From assembly GCA_016906335.1 (NCBI GenBank), contig JADEYG010000007.1:868001-932000 (forward strand): a stretch of 64,000 nt of DNA, in the 5' to 3' direction. Origin of the DNA: Novakomyces olei. Its lineage: Eukaryota. Under the pieces are notes generated by a model, which was not told where the DNA came from, did not search any database, and saw nothing but the letters and a program-made list of their open reading frames with translations. A program made the translations under genes and the position numbers. Positions 25,147 through 35,472 of the stretch are shown piece after piece. Every line of letters begins with the position of its first letter. The stretch's first letter is position 1.

Positions 25147-25184
25147 TTAATTAATTAATTAATTTAATTAATTTATTTATTTAT
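25078..25184. repeat. (TTTA)n/(TTAA)n microsatellite upstream of sim3
   Basis: Directly visible. Confidence 0.95.
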
Positions 25185-25470
25185 TACTTGCCACTTATTA
25201 TTTATTATTTATTATGTTAAAATTATTAATGTAAATATTGTTGGATAGATTGTTCGAACGGTTAATATTAATAATCTTTCTACAGTAAAAGACAATCAAA
25301 TTCCGCCAAGGTCAAAGGGATTCATCCATTGATATATATATTCATATCCAGAAGGTAGGTAACTAAATATGGGTTAAAGACAGATCGTGACAGTTTCAAA
25401 TTAGGCTAAAGGAACGAGAGTCTTTAGAAAGTAAATATATAAGTTGACAAAGTCCAGATTTCAACATATT

Positions 25471-25640
25471 ATTTATTTTTTATTGTTTATTTTTTATTGT
25501 TTATTTTTTATTGTTTATTTTTTATTGTTTATTTTTTATTGTTTATTTTTTATTGTTTATTTTTTATTGTTTATTTTTTATTGTTTATTTTTTATTGTTT
25601 ATTTTTTATTGTTTATTTTTTATTGTTTATTTTTTATTAT
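25471..25640. repeat. 14-bp T-rich minisatellite (TTTATTTTTTATTG), ~12 copies
   Basis: Period of 14 directly visible. Confidence 0.95.
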
Positions 25641-26176
25641 TTATTATTTATTATGAACCCTTTTCACTTCCAATATATATTATATGAGTAGAGAAGTTAT
25701 AGTAATTATTAGCAAAGAGAGACTAGAATTCAAAACAATTTGTTATATACGAAATAATAAATATCGCCTGTGGTATCGACTCGAATGCACCTTTCGACCG
25801 TAATTACAAACAACCAAACGAAATGTAACATTAAAATTCATCCATAAAATATGTATAGAAAAAGTAATAAAAATATGTATAGAAGAATCCAAGTAAAGTA
25901 TGTACACAAGAATTAATTTAAAAAGTCCAGAACAATGCCAAATTATCACCAAAAGCGAGCGCCTTTTGCCCAGCCCTCACTCTTCGCCGACGCTGTCAAA
26001 TTGCTGTCCAAGTTGGCCTAACTGCTTTTAAATTCAGATCATTTCGACCGGTAGAAACATGATTATAACGAAAAAGGCATGGCCTTGCGTGACCAAAAGA
26101 TTCGTCACGCCACGACTCGTATTGCTTGAAATTGGGCAAAAACCAAGTCCCCTCAAACATGTCGTTCGAAACTTGG

Positions 26177-27701
26177 CTAAAGTCTTTTTCTTTTCGACCC
26201 AAGTTCTTCACCCACTGTATCAAATTCAATAAGCGGCAAACTCGTCTTTCTCTTCATATTGCCTGCCAAAAATTGACGAGACGCCATCGCTTTTGCTCCT
26301 GCGTTTTCTTTGTCATTTTTTCCTGTGGTATCTGTCTTCAAGCTATCGGTCATATTTTCGATTGAAGCCAAAGGCTTACTCCCATCTTTTGGTACACCCA
26401 AGTCATTGTTGGTCGAATTGTTCGGATTCGAACGCAAACGACGACTAAGTCGCTTTCCAGGGTCACATGACGGCTCCTGTGCAGTTATATCAACTGCTTT
26501 GCAATTGGTATCTATTCCACCCAGCTTCTGCTCAATCTCTTTACAAATTCTTTCTTTTCCCTCCGTTGAGTTCTGCTCAAGAATAGACAGAGCATTCGTG
26601 GCCGCAATCAATCCAGCACCCTTTTTACTCTGAGCTCGGCCGATGCCGGCTTCGTATTTGCCAATACAGAAGGCCACTGTGTATCGTTCAGAGGGCGTCA
26701 TTATATTCTCATCCACAACATGATATTCAATGCAAGACTGCACCTCTGGCCCGTAAAGATAAAACAGCAAATTGTACACCTTTTCCAATTCGTCCAATCC
26801 AATCTTATTCGTCTCTGCGTCCTCGTAATCCTTTAGCTTAGGACTAATTAGCTCAAAAATGAACCTTTGAGCCACTTCATAGCCACTAGATGGACTACCC
26901 ATGACAAGACCAGCGATATAGGCCTCAAAAAGGTCAGCATGCATCTGTACTCTTTGCTTGAATTCAATGAGATGATCCTCCGAATTTCCAGCACTAGATG
27001 CAAGAGGCCCTGAGCTAATGCATTGTCGACGAACGTATTCATCCCCAACTCGCAGCCTTTCCGGCAACCCATATGTTTCCGCATAAAACTGTGCCGACTC
27101 GTTAGAGGTAAGTTCAGCTCGAACTCGCGACATTTTGCGCTTTGTCCATGTTGGATTACGCGAAAAAATTATTAGCAGCACTAAATGATTGAACAAACTA
27201 TCGCCCAAAAACTTGACTTTTTGCCTTCACGCGCAATATCAATTTTCTTTCGTCCATTCAAGCGATCATGTGCAAATGACGAATGAGTAAATACAATATC
27301 TCGAATTTGTTCATTTTCGATCACGGGTAGCGCTGGAGGCCACTCCCCTTTGTAGAGTTCAGAAAAGTCTTGAACACTTTTCGCAGGTAAGCCCAACGTA
27401 CGATCACTATCAGAAACGGCCAAAGTCTTTGAAGCAGACGATTCACTGTGCTTAGTAGGCGAACTAGACACGGCTACATCTGCATAGTCTGCCCTGTTGG
27501 TGCTATGATCAGGTTCTTTATCGTCCTTAAAATGGTGAATTAGCCGTTCGATAGCACAAACAGCTTCGCGATCTATTGACGTGCCTTCAACGCAGAGCCT
27601 AACCTACTCAGAAAGCTTGAAATTTAGTACAAAGCCGTAAAAATGTGCAATTTGGAAAAAACCTCTCCAGCTAGTTTTCTCTTTTTCAATGATTCATCCA
27701 T
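26177..27701 (-). pseudogene. pac1: Pac1/Rnt1-type RNase III plus dsRBD, frameshifted at the catalytic signature (pseudogene or assembly error)
   Basis: WPPALP..VFTHSS lies in one frame. FLGDSLFN..NESA..YGL..ADLFEAYI and the dsRBD (GIGRAQSKKGA..AA.NAL) lie in another. The NERLE motif is absent at the junction near 27215. The 5' exon structure is uncertain. Confidence 0.75.
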
Positions 27702-28740
27702 AAAAGTTGCGCCGGATCCACAAATAGATTAACTTACGATAGCATTAGAAGAGCCGTTCGCTTGCGACATTGCATAAGTTCTCGCCCTTGAAAAAGTACG
27801 CGGAGAATCGAAGGTCCGCGGCGCGGCGTCTGTTAACAATCTGGTATCAACAGACGTTTGTTTACTTTCCGTCATAATAGACTTGGCTATTGTCGCGAGT
27901 ACAATAATATGGGGCCAGAGCACAATATTACTTGTAAACAATCTATAGTTTATTTATATTTAACCCTGACTAACCCTGATCCGTCATTATTTATTATTTA
28001 TTATTTCATTGTTTGTTGTCCCTTGTTTTTCCACTTAATTGATTAATTTTGTTGAATTTTATCAGCAAAGTTCTTAGGTAGGATGATTGAATTAGCGACG
28101 AACAATAGCTTCAGCTTAAGCCCCCTAGGGTTCTAAGAGTTTTCTTGGCTTATATATATAAATAACTATGAATGTAAAGTGAGATCTAGTAAAATAAGGT
28201 TAAACGAACTGACACGCACGTTAGGTGTATTTGAATTTGTAAAGGACAAACGAAAGTGGTATTGAGAAGAATAATAAATTCTTATTTCAGCAATTATTAT
28301 AAGCCCTTTTAACATCCAATATTTATCCCGACGATGTGCAATAATAGTGCGGTTATGAGCTCGCCAGAAAGGCAAAATTTCTTAAAAAAATCGCAGGACT
28401 TGAATTTATTCAAAAGTGCGCCTGTTGTAATTATTAATTTGTTAATTTATTAATTGGTAGTAGTAGTCAACTAGTCTAATAACAAATTAATCAATGAAGT
28501 GAATAAATAAAAAATAAATTAAAGTTATTTTGCAGTTCGAACGGTTGATCTAAACTATCTGACTGTATGATGAAGATCCCCAAGGTTCAGAGGTGCTGTC
28601 AGGCATATATATATTCAATAAGAATTTAGGGGAGATTTCAGTAAGTAAAAAGTAGAGACAGAATTAGCCATGTAAAAAGACAGTGATTATTTCAAATGAA
28701 CAGAGTTAAATACTAGTTATATAGAGTCCACTTCTCAACA

Positions 28741-28803
28741 AATAATAATTAATAACTAATAACTAATAATTAATAATTAATAATTAATAATTAATAATTA
28801 ATA
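28741..28803. repeat. 7-bp AT repeat (TAATAAT/TAATAAC) upstream of DPB2
   Basis: Directly visible. Confidence 0.85.
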
Positions 28804-28851
28804 AAACAAATTAATTTGTCAAAGGCTATCCGTAATTACAATATACGACTC

Positions 28852-28857
28852 ACGCGT
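28852..28857. promoter_or_regulatory. MCB box (ACGCGT) immediately upstream of DPB2
   Basis: Consensus match next to a G1/S replication gene. Confidence 0.5.
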
Positions 28858-28863
28858 CCACGG

Positions 28864-31074
28864 ATGGCGACAGTCGAGCCTGGCCAGCTACGACCGTTCG
28901 CGTTTCGAGTTTTTACCAAAAAATACAATTTGTCGCTGCGCACAGAAGCTTTACGCGTTCTGGCCGAGTTTGTTACGCGTCGTGCCGGTATAGACTGGCG
29001 TGGACGCGTAGAAAATGTGCTGGACGAAGTGGCGCGTATATACAAACGGACTGACCGTAACCCATTCGTATTTACGACATACAATGATACTAATATGTGG
29101 CAGAATCCAATCCGATCGTGAGCGAGAAGACGCTTCTCCCTATATTGCACTCGCTAGAAGTTCCTCACCAGACCAGAGCCAACAGTCTAGCGAGGCACAC
29201 CAGCGCCGTCCTAGACGCGGAGCCAAAAGCAGATTCGAATGCCGCGCAAATAAGGAGAACGGCAAGCATTGATGACGTGGTGAAGCCGCGTGATTACTTT
29301 TCGGTTGTAGACGCGTTCGCTATGCCGCGCTGGGACTATGACGCGGCACGGCGAACGTTTGTACGTGTTACGGACAAGCCCAAGTCCGTCTTGGGCGATG
29401 TGCACGGCCGGGCGGCCATGTTACGCGAAAGGTACTATATTCTGAAGCACAGAGTACTGCGACACGAAATATTCCAGCAAAACAAGATCCTGGGTGAGTC
29501 CAACAGCAGTAGCAAGCTCAGTACAATCAAAGCCATGCTGGGCCGAGCCGGCCAATCTTTTATTGTTCTAGGCCTTTTGACACGTGGCCAAGATGGGCGT
29601 GTCTACCTTGAAGACCCGGACGACCGTGTAGAACTAGACCTTTCCCGATGCTCTGTCGGCTCTGGCTGGTTCTGTTTCGGCATTATGGTTCTCGTTGACG
29701 GAGTCTATCGTGCCGATGGATCTCTACGCGCCATGGTTTTGGCTCACCCGCCACCAGAGGTGCGTAGCAAAACGCTACAGGCGTACGGGCCTCTTGATTT
29801 TCTGGGATTAGGCCATGAAAAGGCACAGGAATTACTTCTGCACAAGGCAGAAGCTAAATTTACAGATAGCACAATTGTATTTGCGGCACAAACCGCTGTT
29901 GATGGGCTGGGAGGCCTTCGTGCACTAGAGACACTACTAGATTATTATGAAAGGCAGCCAGTACTACCACTCGCCATTATATTAATAGGCAGTTTTATCG
30001 AGGGAGGGCAAGAGGGCAGCAGCGGCAGCCAGGACGGAAGTGCAACCCGGGCTTATCGAGAAAATTGGGACAAAATCAGCCGACTGCTTTCACAGCACTC
30101 TAGGGTTAATTCCAGCTGCCAGTTTGTTTTTGTGCCTGGCCCCTCTGATCCTTGGAGTACCGCTGTTGATTTTGTACCACGGAGACCAGTCCCTGAGCTC
30201 TTTACTTCAAGAGTCGCTCGAGTTTCGCGGGGTGCTATTTTTGCCTCGAATCCATGTCGTCTTGCTTATTTTTCTCAGGAAATCGTCATTAGCCGAGATG
30301 ACACGATAGGGAGGTTGCAACGTACAAGCATACGTCCTTATTGCGGAGCTGGAGCCACAGAGACAGAGGCCGTGGACATTGCCATGGCCGAAAATAACGA
30401 TACCCCGGATGAAGCTGTTAGGCAGGCTCAGCAGGTAAATATCCTTATTTAGGGTTCATTTTTTGATTTTGTAAATAAACATAATCTTCTTCGCTGTTTT
30501 TGTTAATTGCTTGCTTCATGTCGATATCGCAAAAGCTATGGTTAATGAAGTACCATCCAATTTATTTCTGGATGAGTCGAAATTAGAATGCGCTTCATAC
30601 AGATTAAACGATACTGATAAAAAGGTTGTACGGACGATTTGCGATCAGGCGAGTTTGGTGCCAGTGCCTCAGCGAGAAAGAGCAATTATCTGGGACTTTG
30701 ACCAGTCGCTGCGTCTGACTCCTTTACCGTCGGTGGTAAGTCTCTGCTCGATTCATTCCATTGTTCAATTTACTTCGATTCTGTTTCTGATGAGTTTTTT
30801 TTAATAGAATAAAAGGGAGCATGCGTACATCCAATATATTGCAATCTGTTCTCTCTTTTTATTCCTCAACTCACCGAACTCGTTTACCATTTGACTAACT
30901 TTGCAGCTAGTTTTAGCAGAGCCCGAAATGGCACCTTTCCAAATACATTATTCAGGAGTGCTGGCGCTGAATCCTGGAGCCCTATTTCAAGGCCGTCGTG
31001 CTTGCTGGCAGGAATACTTACCCGCCCAAAACGTTGCACATACACGGTACGAACCGTTGGCTGCAAAGGCTTGA
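28864..31074 (+). CDS. DPB2: DNA polymerase epsilon subunit B, 4 exons
   Basis: LRPFAFRVFTKKYNL, VVDAFAMPRW.YD, FVFVPGPSDPW, SNPCRLAYFSQEIVISRDD, VRTICDQ, WDFDQSLRL.PLP and NPG. Introns at about 29058-29103, 30435-30624 and 30736-30906. Confidence 0.93.
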
Positions 31075-31329
31075 TGTGTATATATCTTGTTGCATTAATA
31101 CAATAATAAAGAATTGCATCTTTGTTATGGGTAGATTAATCAACCCTTAGTTTGGGACTATTCTTTAACAAAGCTTGGGAACGACTAAACAGTTCATAAT
31201 GTGTAATACAAAATTCATTACGCTCATTATTTTTTTGCATTATTTTTTAAATCTCACATTTATTTTACTCCAGACAACAAAATTAGACCAAATTAGGTAA
31301 GCGTCTCGATTAGACTACGTGCCAATAAT

Positions 31330-32813
31330 TTACAGCTTGCTACTGGCGGCTTTGGCATCAAAGTGCGGCTCAGTAAGAACTGCCTCGACTGCCCGAGTAT
31401 TCACCATATGCGGGCCAAGATCTTGGAGCGAATTGGCGCCCACTAGCCGCATGGCAACAAGCAATTCGTCAGCCAAAATTTGCAGCATGTACTCGACTCC
31501 CTCAGAGCCATAAGGGCTGAGAGCGTAAAGCGGTGGCCGGCCCAGGCCGACTGCCTTGCAGCCTAAACAAAGCGCCTTGAGAACGTCAGTGCCCCTACGG
31601 ATGCCGCCGTCAACAAAGACATCCATGCGGCTAAAAACTTGAGGGCAATATTTGTTTAATTCAACGAGTACTGCCAGCGTTGAAGGAGCCGTATCGAGCT
31701 GACGTCCTCCGTGATTCGAAATACAGATACCGTCACATCCATACTCATACGCTAAACGAGCGTCTTCTGCAGTTTGAATGCCTTTAAGAACAAGAGGAAC
31801 ACTGCAATGCTTGCGCAGAAAGGCGACATCATCCCAGCAAAGTTTCTCATCGATATACGAGCCAAGTGCTTTGCCCAGTCCTTGTTCTTGATCTGGAGAA
31901 GTATCTCCGTTGGCGATCAAGTCCAATTCTATTTTATACCGCTCGTCCTCCTCCCGTTTCCCCGGTGTCGCATTGTCCACTGTAACCCAAAGTGACGCGT
32001 ACCCATTTGCTTTTACGCGTTCAAGTAACTTTACCGTTTTTTCGCGTTCACGATTCACGTATAGCTGATAGAATAGTGGCTGACTAGGTGTGGTGCGTGC
32101 AGAAGCAATATTCTCGAGCGAAGTGGACGCGTTTGAGGAAACAATTTGTACAATGCCTTTATTCCCAGCTGCCCGGGCCAGAGCTCGTTCTCCCTCTGGA
32201 TGAGCCAGTTTGGCCATTGCTGCAGGGGCAATGAAAAAAGGCAGCCGAGATTTCGTTCTCAGAAAACGCGTTTCCAAGCTAACGGAGCACACGTTGCGCA
32301 TTATACGCGGCCTTAGTACCACGTCACGCCAGGCTTTTGCATTTGCATGGAAAGTAACTGTATCATTTGCCGCTGAGTTGTAGTACGCCCATGCTTTAGG
32401 GTTTAGGGTTTTGCGAGCTTGAGCTTCAAAATCGTGCATCGACAAAAGAGCCCATAGCGGCAATGGTTTGCCTGAGGAGACCGCATTAAAAGTTGCGGGG
32501 GCAGCAGGCACTGGCGTTGGCGGTGCTTTTACCAGTCCCGAAACTTCGCCTTTACACTTGCCGGGGCCGAGTTCGTCCAGAGCCTCGGGTGGGTGAATTG
32601 GCTCAAACTCGGCAGTAGCATCTTTGCCCGCATAGCGCAAGATTATACCAGCACCGCCAGGATGCTGAGGTAAAAAGTCCGTTACATCGTAAGCCTTTCT
32701 TTATATGTGTTGGTAAGCTTTATAAAGTCAGAGTCAACGCCTCCTTACCCGTCAATGATTACCCAGCAATCGTCTTTGGACGCGTGCTGTGCAACGTCCT
32801 GAGCCGTTGGCAT
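31330..32813 (-). CDS. Flavocytochrome b2-like FMN-dependent alpha-hydroxy-acid dehydrogenase (cyt b5 plus FMN_dh) with C-terminal SKL
   Basis: DCWVIIDG|KAYDVTDFL..HPGG, SNHGGRQLD and DGGIRRGTDVLKALCLG. One intron at about 32699-32748. Ends in ASSKL. Confidence 0.92.
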
Positions 32814-33701
32814 TTTTCTTTGGTTTTGGAATAAAAGAGCAATGTGCCGCTCGTGGACCGTCAACCATGTTATACTCTCTTCTCCACAATATCCCACCAT
32901 ACTTATCCCGCGCAATTAGGGGAAGTATTGGACGTATCTGATTGGCTAGAGTGGAAGTAAAAGAGTGTTGGAAGTAATACAATGTAATTACATACAGAGC
33001 ATAGAATTTATAGTGCTATTTTTATTGAGCATACAAGAATAAGAATGGAAGAGAAAGGGAGCGTCCACTCTACTTCACATTCTGGATTAAGGATTTAAAA
33101 AAAAAATAGTTAAACGGCGATAAAAACCAAGAACTTTGAAAGTTACGTTTTCCACAATGCTCAATACCGTAAACAAATGACAGGCCGAAAGCAATATTAT
33201 CTGCCATCAGATATTTCCGACACTAAATCAAATACGCTATGCCTATCATCTACTAATATCAAGTCTTGAAAGACAGATTTCATATTGGTTCTACGAGTGC
33301 GTTTGAGGCTTTAACTTTTCAAATGATAACTCCGCGATGTCGGCGACTTCAGTTGTCGTTTACCGGTGTCGCGGTTTAATGATTTGATAGAACAATTTGT
33401 GTCGTTCCGACACAAAAGCACAATTGTGCTTGCCTTTTTGCACGGACGCCGTTTTGGTAAGACGACGCTTTGCTCTCTGGCTACAGGTTATAACGCGATT
33501 TGTATACTTTGTGAATATAACGAGAAACTTATATGCTTGTCTGTCCTACACTAAGTTAAAAATACAATTCTTTCTTCCAAGTAAGATAGTACAGATATAT
33601 ATTAATGTAATATCTGTGTAAGAAGTCTAAGCGTTGCTTGAATACGAAGCTGTTTACATGGTAAACATTGCGACGGTCTCGTGTTCTGTTTCCCATGGAC
33701 A

Positions 33702-34913
33702 ATGGCCCTTAAGAGTGGCAATAAAGGCGATTCTTCCAGCCCAATGACAGCTTCTACAAGGGCAAATATGCTTCCCCTCCAGCTCGACGAAAATGCTTAT
33801 CAAGATCAAACGAAATCGCAATTGCACTTTTTAACCCGTGAAAATCGTGCATTGCGTTCACGCCTGCTTTCCGCAGAGACGAATGCGACGATCGTGGAGG
33901 AGCATGCGTATGATGTTCAGCAGCACAATAAAACGCTTTCAGATTCTTTACGTGTGCAAATGCGCCGTATTCGCGAGATTGAGTGCGCGTTATCTTTATC
34001 CGAAGGAAATGCAGAAAGGCAAATTTCTAGCATGCGAGAGCACGTAGAAGCAGCCACAAGAAAAACAAGCTTGTTACAGCAAGCTGTACAATCGGCTCAG
34101 GTCGCTTGCCGGCAGAAAGACGAGGAATTAAATGAACTATTGGACTGTCGAGAGACGGAGGCAGAACTAATGCGACAGCAACAGCAGAGGATTCACGATT
34201 TGAGTGAAACAGTGGAGACTTTGATGCAGAATATAAGCGATTTAAAAGCCCAATGCCGTGAGCTAACCGGAAAGCTAGAGACACAACTTAAGCCGCGATA
34301 CCCTCAGACATGGAATCGGCAGGCATCAAAATCTCGCGGCGAAGGATCCAAGATTATTTTATTAGGTCGAGATTTGTCAGAGCAAGGGTCTACGCCGAAA
34401 GAATTTATAGAAGAAAGTGATTGCACAGAAAAGCCATATTTGGAGCAATTGATGGCAGGAAGAAGCTTTTCGCAGCGCGATGTTTCTGGGTTACGGAGAT
34501 TTTCTATATTACCAGAGTCTGGGTTTGGAGCTAGTCTCGCGCAAGAACTTGATGGAATAAATAACACACAAAATGTCGACGGCCCAAAGCGTCAATCAAG
34601 TTTTGCTCAAACTGCTTTTGTGTCGCGGATTACGTCGGTGGCGCGTAACGTATCAAGTGCGTACAATAGGGTTTTTACGACTGGGCAGCCGGTGAACTGC
34701 GCTACACCATATTTCTCACCTTGGATATTTGCACGATTAAAAGTAGCCTCGGCGCCCTCGAAAGACGAATTTGGTCGCAATCATGTGTATAATGCTACAT
34801 TCAACACTTTTACTGAAAAAGAACAAGACTCTTGTGACGAAAGTGACGACAGTGATGGGGAAGACAGTGATGGGGAAAGCGTTAACTCGGGCGCTGGACT
34901 GGCATTCCTGTAA
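33702..34913 (+). CDS. Hypothetical coiled-coil protein
   Basis: ~400-aa ORF with a heptad-rich N-terminal half and an acidic tail. No family recognised. Confidence 0.75.
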   Translation: MALKSGNKGDSSSPMTASTRANMLPLQLDENAYQDQTKSQLHFLTRENRALRSRLLSAETNATIVEEHAYDVQQHNKTLSDSLRVQMRRIREIECALSLSEGNAERQISSMREHVEAATRKTSLLQQAVQSAQVACRQKDEELNELLDCRETEAELMRQQQQRIHDLSETVETLMQNISDLKAQCRELTGKLETQLKPRYPQTWNRQASKSRGEGSKIILLGRDLSEQGSTPKEFIEESDCTEKPYLEQLMAGRSFSQRDVSGLRRFSILPESGFGASLAQELDGINNTQNVDGPKRQSSFAQTAFVSRITSVARNVSSAYNRVFTTGQPVNCATPYFSPWIFARLKVASAPSKDEFGRNHVYNATFNTFTEKEQDSCDESDDSDGEDSDGESVNSGAGLAFL

Positions 34914-35058
34914 TTATCGTGTGAATAACGGTTTTACCTTTATGTATAATAATTACATTAGAATCTCGTAAACTTGAATTATATATACAGGAAAGCAATG
35001 ATACGTGGGACTTGGTTGAATTACTTATCGATATTGTCGGGATAGTAAGCCAGAATCA

Positions 35059-35075
35059 GTTAGGGTTAGGGTTAG
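35059..35075 (+). repeat. Short interstitial telomere-like repeat GTTAGGGTTAGGGTTAG
   Basis: About 2.5 TTAGGG units upstream of RPC1. Possible Tbf1/Teb1-type site. Confidence 0.5.
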
Positions 35076-35472
35076 TTTCTCTTATCCAAACACTAATTGT
35101 TTATAAATACTGGCCGAACTAATCTTTAATATATCTTTTCAGCAAAAAGCATCAAATTTCACAACAAATATAAAGCAAGTGTGCTATTTAATAATCCTTT
35201 TAGATAGGGTTAGCAACAGAATTATAATACGATATAGTACAAATTAAATATGAGGATAATAATTAGACGAATAAAACGTGCATTCTAAAACAGTTAGATA
35301 GCAAAATACAGCCTTTTATCATTCTGTAACTAGTTTGCATAGCAGATAAATTGACTGGCGCAAATAATTATTATAATACGGCAAATCACAGTACAAATTA
35401 TTTTTATTGCCATCAAAAAAATTAGGAAAATCTATCCCTACCGACGCAAATGAAAAGCTAAGCACCTTCAAG

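Noticed and set aside
28340-28370. tRNA-Met-like CTCATAA loop on the minus strand
   Set aside because: There is no D-arm, T-arm or acceptor stem.
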